A stretch of 63,815 nt of DNA, the filler included, from Dugesia japonica (taxonomy: Eukaryota): NCBI GenBank assembly GCA_001938525.1. It is 6 parts of 6 records of this genome, joined end to end, with 100 filler letters (N's around TTAATTAATTAA, not from the genome) between each part and the next. Parts side by side here need not be neighbours in the genome. Positions count along the whole stretch, not along the records: positions 8,863 to 18,155 come from MQRL01605295.1; positions 18,256 to 31,433 come from MQRL01608940.1; 4 more parts are not named here. The stretch is one strand, 5' to 3'. Made by a program: the position numbers and the translations under genes. Of this stretch, positions 11,700 to 23,388 are shown piece by piece; positions within the stretch are counted from its first letter, which is position 1, and the number at the start of each line of letters is the position of its first letter. Below the pieces are notes generated by a model. That model made no database searches. It worked only from the letters and a program-made list of their open reading frames with translations, and had not been told where the DNA came from.

Positions 11700-13027
11700 A
11701 AAATTCAAACAAAAATGACTTAATTTCACCAATTTACCACAAAAGTTTAAAATAATATTAAAAAACTTGAAAATTTGAACAAATTCTACTTTTTCAAAAA
11801 CTGACCGATCTCGAGGAAATAATTCATTAATACGCCCAAAAATTACCTAAAACGACCAATCTTGAGGAAATAGTTTAATAAATCTTCCAAAATTACCCAA
11901 ACTGACTAATCTTGAAGAAAATTCAGCCAAATCGCTCAAAAATGAACCAAATTTACCATTCTTGAGTAAACTATTGACTGAATCACTCAAAATTACCCAA
12001 ATTGACCAATCTTGAGGAAATAGTTTACTAAATCTTCCAAAATTACCTTAACTGACTAATCCCTAGGAAAATTACAGCAAAATCGCTCAAAAATGAACCA
12101 AATTTACCATTCTTGAGGAAATAAGTAAACAAATTCACCTTAACCAATCAAAAATCGACTTTATTTGACCTCAGTAAGAAAACCTGCAACCTATTTCACC
12201 TAAATCACCCAAAAATTATCAATTCTGAGGAAATTTTGAACAAACTATCCAAAAATTTACTAAACCAACCAACTTCGAGAAAATATTAAACCAAATTCAT
12301 CTGAACCAATCAAAAATTATCAATCACGAGGAAATATTTGACCCAATCACCGAAAATTACCAATCCCGAGAATTAATTAGACCAAATTCACCTAAACTAG
12401 TCAAATAATACCAAAATCCAACCAAATTTACCCAAACGTCATCAACACGAAGAATTATTCAAGCAATTTTACCTAAAACAGTCAAAGATTTACCTCATTC
12501 AACCTCACCGAAGACATTTTGGACCAATCTCACCTAAATTACCCAAAAATCATCAATCCCGAGGAAATAATTGACCAAATTCAACTAAAACATACAAGAA
12601 TAGACCTTATTTGACCTCACCAAATAAATTTTGGACAAAAATCACTAAAAACCAATAAAAAATTGACCTCTTTCGACCTAACCGAATAAATTCCCAACTT
12701 ATTAAACAGGGAAAAGTAACACCACATTACCGCTTAAAAAGCCTAAAAAATTTTCCCAACTAAATACATAGGAAAAAATAACACCAGTTAATCCTATTAC
12801 GTAAAATTTTACCGATGAAATTAATCTCATAACATAATTTGTGTGCAAAAAATTTTCCCAATTAAATACACAGGGAAAAATTACCACCAAATTAAGTACT
12901 ATTACCTAATGATGAAATTTTAAAATTCCCAACTAAATACATAACGATTATATTTCATTACGTTACGTCACGGTGGAAGGGGGCTACTGAATGTGTGCGT
13001 GGTGCAGACTGCTACTATCTATCTACT
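11700..13027. mobile_element. Terminal region (right end) of a Polinton-type element with a subterminal ~40-bp repeat array
   Basis: Ends ...GCTACTATCTATCTACT at 13027 and is a reverse-complement match to 30922-31433. Array of AAATTACCCAAA..ACCAATCTTGAGGAAA units at ~11790-12700. Confidence 0.7.
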
Positions 13028-13357
13028 TTTGTCAGTCAAACCTTTACCTGCCTTATCAACTAACTTTAATTTAGTATACAAAAAAGTATCATTCAAATTC
13101 AAATATTCAGTTTGAGATCCATTAATATAAAATTCTACATCGCTTTTTAAATCAGAAATTGAATTCATTGGATAAACATCTTCAAATATGGCATTTTCAA
13201 TAACTGCTTGATGTGGTGGACGATCAAAAATACATAACTCAGTTTTACCAGAAATCATTTTCAAAAATTGTTCCATGTCCTCCATTCGTTTGTTTATACC
13301 TGTCGCTTTTGATTTTTTACATTTTTTATTAAATTTTTGCGGTTGCTTTGTTATCAT
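13028..13357 (-). pseudogene. Polinton major capsid protein N-terminus, truncated by an insertion
   Basis: ELCIFDRPPHQAVIE...VYPMNSIS...VEFYINGSQTEYLNLNDTFLYTKLKLV resembles the Polinton PY/hexon-like N-terminus; cut at 13027. Confidence 0.85.
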
Positions 13358-13514
13358 ATTACTTATTTCTGATGGAATCCTATTTTTTATAATGGTTTTA
13401 GAATGGTTTGCTATAATGTTTTAATTTGTTATATATACTGTTGTTATATACTGTTTATTCTTTTTTGTTAATATTGATTTTATTATTTTTTCGATTCATT
13501 ATATAGTAGGAGGT

Positions 13515-14170
13515 GAACTGACTTGTAATTTTTGCTCATAAAACTTTCATTGTATGATATTATTCTCATAATCTTTAATTACATACATGACTGGATTTTG
13601 TTTAGTATTGATTATCGATATTTGAAACACTTCATCGCTCCAATTACCATAAAGGTTTTTATAGAATGGAGATGCGCTTATTTTTGAGATTCTAACATGG
13701 TCACCAACTTTATATTCTGGTTTCTTATTTGCTTTACTTTGATTGCGCGGATAACCATAATTTAAGGGGATTGTTTGAACTTACATCAACCAGTCTTGCT
13801 CCATTTAAACTTTTATGACTACTATGATTATAACTATGAATCAATTTCGACAACGCATTTATCCAGGTTTTATTGCCAGTATGCACAAATATTTTTTCAA
13901 AACATCTCTTATTGTACGATTAAATTGCTCTACATGTGCCGCTTTATACTGAAAGAATACAGTATAGATGTGATAAAAGATTTTTGACTTGTAAATCGAC
14001 TGAATACATCAATTTATGTCAAATTATACTTTTTTCTTTATTTATTTTTGAATATGGGATCATCTTCACCAAATCCACTTGCCATAAATAATCAATACGA
14101 AACGTTTGATATGCTCTTGTTGGAAATCTTTTCAACATTGGTTTGTTCAAACTGTACGCCAGTTGACCTA
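13515..14170 (-). pseudogene. Polinton retroviral-like integrase remnant
   Basis: LWQVDLVKM, LT*IDVFSRF, KAAHVEQFNRTI, W..ALSKLIHSYNHSSH, YKVGDHVRISK, NWSDEVF. Confidence 0.85.
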
Positions 14171-14393
14171 ATAACCACTTTTTTGTCTTTATTTTCGTTT
14201 TTGTGCTGCTTTCATCAATTTGTCTACGCCACAAAAACCTGCGAGATTTTTTGCGTCCGTGCAAATCGTCTTCAGCTTGCCCATTACAACAATTTGATAA
14301 AAACTTTAAATCAAAATTAGGTAATGATTGTAAACCACCCATTGTTTATTTAGAATGATTTCATTATAAAAGTTTCTATAAAACCAACAATTT

Positions 14394-14730
14394 TTATTTG
14401 AAAGGAGTTAATCCTAGGGCTGCTAATGCAATTAGTAGCAATGCTGCTATAAAGCAACCTCTTTGATTATCTTGTATTACTTGCGTCATCAATTTCTTAT
14501 TTTTTGTATTTACAAGTGTTAATAGTGTTCTTTTATGTTTATCAATACTTCCTTTCTTGCATTGCTCACATTTACATTTCCGCGAACAATATTTATAATA
14601 GTTTCAATTAAAGCATCTATAACAAACGTTGGAAATGATTTCAAAATTTGCATTCTCACCGATTTTGAAGATTGAATTAATAATTTAAAAAATGGAATAC
14701 TTCGTTGTAATTTTCTTTTATATTTTAATA
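14394..14730 (-). pseudogene. Small conserved Polinton basic/core-like protein
   Basis: LIETIINIVRGNV...KHKRTLLTL...QRGCFIAALL matches the Polinton small-protein pattern N...GNV..KHK..L..QxGGFL.ALL; homolog at 23072-23388. Confidence 0.6.
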
Positions 14731-14949
14731 ATATAAATTACCCGTATTTGTTTATAATGATGTCCATTTTCCGTTTATGTTCTTCATTTTCTTACCATAA
14801 AATTCCGATAGTTTTTTAAAAATGTTCAACTGTCTACTTTGTTTACTCTTTCCACCCTTTTTTTACAATACGCGTTTTTGTTCATTTACCACGTTTGATT
14901 TTTGAAATACTTTTAATCTAATCAACTACAAATCTTTTAAATTTAGTCA

Positions 14950-15525
14950 TTTTTAAAGTATAATATTTACTTAGTTTGTTTATACACAGTAACACCTTCA
15001 GGATTGAAAATATCAGTTTTCACCCTCAGTTCATCTGGACATTGTTATGTAAAGTCGATACAAATATAACCATGTGGATTTATTGTTGCAGAAATGATTC
15101 TGTCTTGCTAGAAAATGAACATTTAATTTACGTGTCCTATGACTTCCGCCTTGATGGAATAAATTTTGTGTAATGAATATCACAGTCACATTACAATGTA
15201 TGAATATTTTTGTAAATAAATTATTAAACTCTTTTTCTCTGTTTGCCTCTTGATACAGATCATCTACTACAATAACATCGCACGGTTTCAATCTATTGCT
15301 CCAATTTTTATCAAATTCATTAATAATTTTCATTTTAATGTTGCAAAAATTCTGATTGTGTTAACCCACACTTTTCATCTGCACATCTGTGCCAATATAT
15401 TTTGGTAAATTTTGATTTAAATAAATTAGATTTTAGTAACTTGCATGCAAACAAGGTTTTCACACTTCCGCTTGGACCAACAATTTGATAAACAGCATCA
15501 TTTCTCAATTACAATTTATAATTAT
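14950..15525 (-). pseudogene. Polinton packaging ATPase (A32/FtsK-like)
   Basis: Walker A IVGPSGSVKT (~15461-15484), Walker B VIVVDDL, and LFTK...VIFITQNLF. Confidence 0.9.
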
Positions 15526-15549
15526 TAAATTTAATGCATTTTTTATAAT

Positions 15550-16010
15550 ACTATTTGTCTTTGTTTAAATGTTCCTTTTGCAGAACCAACCGAACAAGAG
15601 TTAAGGAACATTTGAAACAAAAAGAAAGTGAAATATTCAAACACTTTCAACACAAACATAAAATTTACCAGAACAACATCACATTACATGGAAAACACTA
15701 GGAACAGGCTACATTTCTACACTACATAGAAAAAAAACATGAATAAATACTAATCAAAGAAAGCAATCCTAAAATAAATATAATTTACAATAATTAAATT
15801 AAATAAGTAAATATAAAATAAGAATTAAATTAACCAATTAAAATTTAATAAAAATGAATTATTTCAAAAATTAATAATATTATAAAAATAACTCTTGAAT
15901 AAATTAAAAAAGTCAATTCCTGACGAAGACGAGGTCGAAATATCAATTTATTATCCAATATCAATAAATAAAACCCTAATTTTGATCAAACCTTTTATAT
16001 TAAATGAATT
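15550..16010 (+). mobile_element. Penelope-like element remnant: GIY-YIG endonuclease C-terminus plus pseudo-LTR
   Basis: RTRVKEHLKQKESEIFKHFQHKH...ITWKTL...ILIKESNPKIN, followed by an AT-rich tail containing CTGACGA...GAAA. Confidence 0.65.
15914..15948 (+). ncRNA. Putative minimal hammerhead ribozyme (degenerate)
   Basis: CTGACGA-A-GAC-gag-GTC-GAAA-TATC with flanking AATT/AATT; lies in a Penelope pLTR context, where such ribozymes are known. Confidence 0.5.
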
Positions 16011-16014
16011 AATA

Positions 16015-16426
16015 ATGTTGGTTAATATTAATTACAAAGGTAAAATATCGCAATATATAACAAGCAAAATGAAGTTTTCTATCAGTAAACCTTCTCAATT
16101 TGTTGACAAAAGTGGAAAATATACGTTAATATTCTTTAGATCAGGAAATTGTCGAATAATGTAAAAACCATTGGAAATGGAGAAATTACAGAACGATATT
16201 AAGGATATTTGTTTGCAATCATTAACAATTGTAATCAATCTGGGACAAGTAATTAATTTGTATAAATTAGCAAAATTGACAAAATGTTGGTTTGAACCCT
16301 GCAAAACGTTTTACAAAGTATGAACCTGTATGTNTTAACGTATTTTCATCTGGAAAAATTGTAATACTACACTATCAANGATATGTAGATAATATAATTT
16401 CTGATTTGTATAATTTAATTGATTAA
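16015..16426 (+). pseudogene. TATA-binding-protein-like gene (intronless, decayed) inside a Polinton
   Basis: Two TBP-type repeats: TLIFFRSGNCRIM and QSLTIVINLGQVINLYKLA...CWFEP..PA...CxNVFSSGKIVIL (cf. TBP YEPELFPG...LIFxSGKxV); one stop and one frameshift. Confidence 0.7.
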
Positions 16427-17464
16427 TTTCACAACATGAATCATGCAATATGAATGCAAGTATAACAAGGCAATTCTTTGTTTGATAATTGTATGTTTTT
16501 CAGTGGACTATTTTAATTGATCGATTTCTGTTAAACAGATAATTGTATTTAACACATTACGTTTTTCATTTTATTCAGTTATTAATTTAAAGAAAATTTA
16601 TCCAAGTCAAATCAAAAGCATAAGGGAAACTTGTAAAGAATCCGCTGATTCTGATGGGCAGGAGGATTTTATTCATGAAGAGAGTAAAATATAATTCTAT
16701 TTTTATTCATAACTTATAATTTTCATTTCTAGATATTATCGCGCTTATTCTTTTTGAAAGAAAGTTTTGACAAAAGAAGAATTCCAATTCGTGTTGTCAA
16801 AATTCTACAAAGAGATTTACCAACATCTTGCTTGTGAGTGTTATAGGTGTAGGTATTCTCTCCTTGAGAAGATAATTCTGAATTTGTAATTTTAATAAAT
16901 TAAAGTTAGTAAAAATTGTTTTTCTTTTAGTTATTAATTATTTAATTAAGTTTTAATTGTCATAAAGGTTTTTTTATGAATAATTTTTTTTGTTCAAAGT
17001 TTTATTTAATTTAAAATTATTATTTGAAAGTTAATTTTATTTGGTTTGTTGTTTACTAAATTTTTATTATTAAGACTTGTTTTTATAAATTGTAAATAAA
17101 TTATTATACTTATTTAACAGCTTTTTTATTATTTAGAAAAAAGTTTCTAAATAATTAATTTGTTTGCTAAATATTACTATAAGAGTTTATAAAAGAGACA
17201 AATACATAACATTTATCTTAAAAATAAGAAATTTACAAAATTTCTCGAATTTACCAAATTGGAGAGTTAATTTTTCTATTAATTTAGTTAAAATTCTTTC
17301 TGCTTTTCTTGACTCGTTGTATTTCTCTCAATAATTATTTTACGATAAAGGTTCATCAGACATTCCTATCTTATTTTTTTTTATTTCCTATCTGATTGTT
17401 TAAACAAAAAATTTTAAATAAAAATAAATAAATAAAAATACAAAAAAAAATTTAAATATTAAGT

Positions 17465-17754
17465 CTGCACGTGGAATTTAATTATGAAGTCTGCCGTGCC
17501 AATAGTTGCAGTGGATATTACCTTGACCTACATTTATTCGACCTTGAAATAATACACCAATTACAATTAAGTATACTGTATCACTGACCCTAAAAATTTT
17601 AGCCAGTTAGAATCAAGTATTATGAATCCCTTTGACCTTAAAAAAAAATTAATTTCCCACCAATCAAAATCAAATATACGTAAACACTTTGACCTTAAAA
17701 AATTTTCTATCGGGTGGAGGTAGAGGTGTTTACATGCTCCAGTATCTATCTACT
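17465..17754. mobile_element. Polinton-type right terminus with TGACCTT subrepeats
   Basis: Ends ...CCAGTATCTATCTACT (reverse complement AGTAGATAGATA); likely the end of the element carrying ATPase, integrase and the TBP-like gene. Confidence 0.6.
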
Positions 17755-18155
17755 TATGAATATAAAAGTGAATTAGACTAATCCAAGTGCGTAAAAAAAT
17801 TACCATGGAATAAAGCTGAAATTAATAATCAACCGTCACGAGTACCGAATGAATAGTAAAATTTATTGACCAAGGAGGTTTAAAGTAATAATCAAAGCTC
17901 AAGAAGAGATTTAAAAATAAGTTAATATTACAGAATAACGTCGAAAATAAAATGAAGGATGACTATTTTGGAATATCTGAAAATGAAAGATAGTGAAATT
18001 GATAATCGGGTACGATTGAATGATAAAAATTTAACTCGATAAAAATTAATGAAACGAAAATGAAACAAAGTTAAGATTCAGTAAAGCACATGTTTGAAGT
18101 TATTAAGACATATAAAGATTGAAGAGTAAAGTTCCTCATGAAAAGCAAAAGTTAA

Positions 18156-18255
18156 NNNNNNNNNNNNNNNNNNNNNNNNNNNNNNNNNNNNNNNNNNNNT
18201 TAATTAATTAANNNNNNNNNNNNNNNNNNNNNNNNNNNNNNNNNNNNNNNNNNNN
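18156..18255. other. Artificial contig linker
   Basis: 44N-TTAATTAATTAA-44N. Confidence 0.95.
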
Positions 18256-18789
18256 TTGTAAAGATAGTACAAAAATCGTGGGCTTCCAAAAACTTTAATT
18301 AGGTCGTACCTTACTAGGGAGTAGTACCTTATAACCAAAAAACAGTGTAATTAATATAATTTTAATCGAATTCTATTTTTTGAAATTCTTTATAATATTA
18401 TTATTAATAATAATATTAATAATAATATGAATGAAAAATTTTAATACTATTAATTATTAATTCTTTCTTCACGTACTCAACATTAATATTAAAAACCAAC
18501 TTAATAATAATTATAATTCTGATTTCTTAATTTTCAATAACATTCTAATAACGAAAACAAACTTCTACGTTTATATCTATATATGTTTATTGTCTGTAAC
18601 CCTCGAATTTTACAGGTTATGTAATAAATTATTAGAGTGTATACAAATTGTAGATTATTGAATTTACCGTTTAAATGATCGTTAATCTTATGCACATTCT
18701 AATATATAACCATCATCTATAAGATCGAAGCTAGATATCTAACAAAATAAGTTTATTGTTTCTCATTGAAGAAATCGACAATGACTCAT

Positions 18790-19005
18790 ACCAAAATAAT
18801 TACAACTGATATGTACTGTAATAAATTGATTCGTTTAGTGGCTGAATTGCGTAATCAATATCCGATTTTAGCCATCAGAAAAGGTGTCCTTCTTCACAAT
18901 GGTAAAGAACACATGAAATGGGTTATAAAATTCTTACCTACCATCCATTTGTTTCTGAAATTGCTCCATAGGACTACTTGATATTTCGATTTTTGCAAAA
19001 TTATT
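18790..19005 (+). pseudogene. Mariner transposase fragment
   Basis: YCNKLIRL...RKGVLLHN and a degenerate HPPYSPDLAPSDY block (..SEIAP*DYLIFRFLQN). Confidence 0.7.
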
Positions 19006-19739
19006 AGGACCAAAGTTTATTCGTTGATTATTTAATATTAAATATTAAATTATTATAATTTTTCGTGATTATGGTATAAAAGAATAAAAAATTATTTTAC
19101 TTTTGTCATTTTACGAGCCTTGTTATATTGCATATATTTTAAAATTTAAATTTAACATTTTTTAAATCTAATCGTTAATTCTTTAATAAATTTATTTCGT
19201 ACATTAATATAATTAAAATTTTTATTTACTCAATTAATTGTAATTTCATCCATATTTTCAAATATTGAAAAATTTCCAAATTTAATTATATCATTTTTAC
19301 ATTTTGAAATTTTTATTATTATAATAGAATTTACAAATTTAAAATAAAAAGTAAAACGCAAAATAGTTTATTTTCTGTAATTAATTTTTAAAATACATTT
19401 AGTTGACTTAGGAATATTGTAAATAAAGATTTCTATTAACAACTACTATATCATTCGATTGTTAAACAAAATAAGAATAATTTAATAATCTCAGAATAAT
19501 TCATTTGTTGAGGATTTTATTATCAATATATTTCTCAATCATTTCTTTTTTTGATTTATATCCTATTTCATTTTAGTGGGCAGTTTCGATTTGCAAAAGA
19601 ATATTGTCCACCTTTTTGAATTAATCTTTAAAGATTCATTTCTATACTTTGAAAGAAAAGCAATAAAAAATTATTTTAGTAACAAATTTATTTCCTGTTA
19701 CGTTTCATTTTCAATATATATTTAATATTCTAACTACAT

Positions 19740-19915
19740 TTCGTGTTATCATATGATATCATGCTATCATATTTTGTTAGTATATGATATCATTTTATCA
19801 TATTGTGTTATCCTATGATATCATGCTATCATATTGTGTTATCATATGATATCATGCTATCATATTGTGTTATCCTATGATATCATGCTATTATATTGTG
19901 TTATCTTATGATATT
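19740..19915. repeat. ~31-bp minisatellite (ATCATATTGTGTTATCATATGATATCATGCT)
   Basis: About 5-6 tandem copies. Confidence 0.85.
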
Positions 19916-22229
19916 ATATTTTATTTTATATTATTATTTTATTTATTATAATGGTAAACTTATTCGATTAAAATTGGTAAAACACAATGTAATTATTATT
20001 TCTAAACAAGACTTAAATTACTATATATTGAAAGGAATCCAATATTTAACTAAAAATAATATACTTCAATAATTTTACAAGTGTTATGGGTATTAATTTT
20101 AAAAAATTTAAATTTAAAATTATGTTTATCATTTTTATTTAACTTGACTTAATTTTATTAACATAAATTTTTCAAAAAAAGATAGAAAATTTGTTTGTTT
20201 TATAAATTTACGTTGTCAAGTGTCCGGATAGTATTTCATTCAGTTACGTTAAAAAACTAAATTCAAATATTTTATATTTATGTGTTTTGAGCTCCAACTC
20301 AAACAGTAAGTTTTATTAGAAATGATGAATATTTTTTATTTTTCATTTTCATTTATTGTAATGCTTTAAAACAAATATTTAATAATCTTTAGGATTTCTA
20401 AAAATTAAGATTCGATTTAATAATTAGATTTCTAATGGTTACTTTAGCTCGACAGTATTGTTTATAATATTAAAAAAAAATAATTGCTCTCGGTTTTTAC
20501 CAAAATCAAAGTTTGAGCAAAACTCATCAAAGTAAAATTCATCAATTCATTTCTGTTAATTATTTTTTTCAAATCCTTTTGAATCAGATCTGCACAATCT
20601 GTGGCTCAGCAAAATGTCTTTCTGGCTCACCCCCGAGAACATAAATTTGGAATATAAGTTATATATTTCTTTCCCTAGATACTCATATCCATCGGGTTTA
20701 TTCCAAATATACGACCTATGACAAAAGAATACAGAGATGTGTGACAAAAAAGTACTTTGAAAACGTGCTTTGTAAACTTTATGTGTTTAATGAAGAAATA
20801 AGACTACCTTCTTTCAAAATATTTTAATTTATTATTTTATTTTAAAAAATATATTTTCGAAATTGTGGCCCTATAAATTGTTAGAATATTCAATTTTGAC
20901 CTTGGCCTAAAAATGCTGTTATAGATCTTCTTAACTTCTTATTTCACATTTATATATTTCGTATAAAATTAATTTAATTTAATTTTTTTAATTAATTTTA
21001 ATTAATGAAATTAAATTTTCTTGAATTTATAATAGTTGTTACTTTTCACTTGTAATTTAATTATGAATAATTCGAAATAATTTCTTCCACAACTAATCTG
21101 AGAATTCAACAGCTGCAAATTTTTAAATATTTCTAATTTTATTTATTTTGTTAATTTAGATTTGTAAAAATTACAACGATTTGTATTTTTATACAATAAC
21201 CATTTATGTTATTCATTTTGATATTTTTGAACTTAAATTAATGTTCAATTTCTAAAACCATTTCCTCTGACAATATAAAACATCGTCATTATTTGAAAAA
21301 GAAAAGTTTTCTAATTATTTTTTTTTTACTTTCAGTTATTAATTTTAAACACACACACAAACGTAACTAAATTAAATTAAATTAAAAAGGGCTTCTCTTG
21401 CTTATAAAAATAAGAAATTCGATTGCTTGTAAACTAAATTGGTCTTAGTCTCAAAACTAAGAATTGAATGTTGGTTTACTCGGTAGCTAAGATTGAATAC
21501 ACTATATCTTCTTGAAATTAAGATAAATAAAACAATTCCAAATTCAAAATTGAATAATTATAATCTGATATTTCAAAACACAAAGAAGGAGTTATTAATA
21601 TTTCGAAAATTAAAACAAATATTATTAATAATTAGAAAATAGTGATTATTTAAACAGTCAATTTTGTTTGAATAATAAAAATTATATTTTTCTTAAATAA
21701 ATCCTTTATATTAATGGCAAGTCTTTTTCCTAATGACTTTTATTATATAAATTTGGATTTACTTTTAAAAATAAGAGTTAAAAAAACAGAAAATAATAAA
21801 ATTATATTGAAAAAATATAATAAAATATTTAATTATTATTCTTGGTAACTAAAACACGGAAAATTTGAAATTCTAAATTTTTAAAATACTAATCATAATA
21901 AAAATATAGTAAAATACAAAATAAAAAACATTATTTGAATGATAAAATTTATTTCAAAATAAATTTTCTTTTTAAGCATGTTTTGACTGTCTAAAATAAA
22001 ATGTTTTGAAATTATTTAAATTAATGCTATTGATGAAGCGATTTTACTAATAAAATCATTATGATAAAATTTTGAAACACTACAATAATTCAATTTATAT
22101 TTAAATAATACTAAAATCATACATATAATAAAAATTACAAGACTTATTAATTACACATAAACATTAATAGTTTAAAATTAAATTAAATTATTGTAATAAA
22201 TTAAATAATTTGCTGATTTGATCAAATGT

Positions 22230-22560
22230 GTGGTATTTATTTGCTTACTCTATTCATTGGTTTACTGGAACTCATTGACTTTACTGTGTCTACTTGCTTA
22301 CTCTATCACATTGATTTTACTATATCACATAGGCTTTACTGTGTGCATTAATTTTACTTTAACACATTACTTTAATTTGTCACATTGGAAATTTTGAAAC
22401 ACATGAGCTTACTGTGTTTATCTTACATTGGTTTGCCGAAACACATTAGTTCACTGTGTTTTACTGTATTAGATTGGTTTTTTGTACCAATTAACTTACT
22501 CTATTCACTTGTTTACTGTATTTACTGGCTTTCTGTATCTCTTGCTAAACTCTTTACCAT
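22230..22560. repeat. Degenerate TTTACTGTGT/CATTGG repeat tract
   Basis: Recurring short motifs; a similar tract occurs at ~23855-24005. Confidence 0.45.
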
Positions 22561-23071
22561 TTTTTTTAAAACTTATAGAAATTTAGGAAATTAATGGAAA
22601 TTTAATAAATCCTTATCAAATTGGTCTATAATAAGTTATTAATTAAATTTGATTAACTTTACGGAAATTAATGTAAATTTAATTAATCTTAATAAAAATT
22701 AGTCTATATTTTAATGACGGGTTTAAATATTTTAATAAAATTACTTATGGAATTAGTAATATTTTTGGTAAATCCATATGAAATTTTTAAATTCAGTTAT
22801 CTAAATAAAATTTTGACTTGAAAAATTACAAAATAATGTCTCAACGTACAATAGATGGTAAAAATTCACACATAAGGGGTCGCAATTCGTACACAGATAA
22901 TCTTAATTTACGTATATATGGTTAAAATCTTTTCATAGCTTACTATAATTTATGCATGGCTTGATAAAATGTTTAAATAGATAGTTAAAATTTTAATTTA
23001 ACATGCTTTCAAAAATGTATAAAAAATGAATAAAGTGATAAACAATTCACTGGGTATTTATTAAAATAATA

Positions 23072-23388
23072 ATGGATTTAGAAAGAAGTCTTCCGTTTTT
23101 TACAGTATTGATAAAATCACCAGCTATGATGAGAAGGAGAATGCTACAGTCATTTCCATCATTTGTTAGAGATTTTACTTGAGATTATTGTTAATGTCGT
23201 TCATGGTAATGTAACTTTAAGCGAAATTAGAAGACAAGCATTGGAAAAACATAAAAAGTTGCTGTTAACACTTATAAATACAAAAATAAGAAATTAATGA
23301 AAAAGGTTTTTTATTAACAAGATAGTGACTTTATAGCATCATTACTACCAATCGCATTTGTAGTATTAGGACTCGCCAATTTCTCATG
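23072..23388 (+). pseudogene. Second copy of the Polinton small core-like protein
   Basis: MDLERSLPFF...QSFPSFV...IVNVVHGNV...KHKKLLLTLINTK...FIASLLPI is colinear with 14394-14730. Confidence 0.65.

Noticed and set aside
20556-20790. Short minus-strand ORF in a higher-GC patch
   Set aside because: No recognizable motif in any frame I tried.
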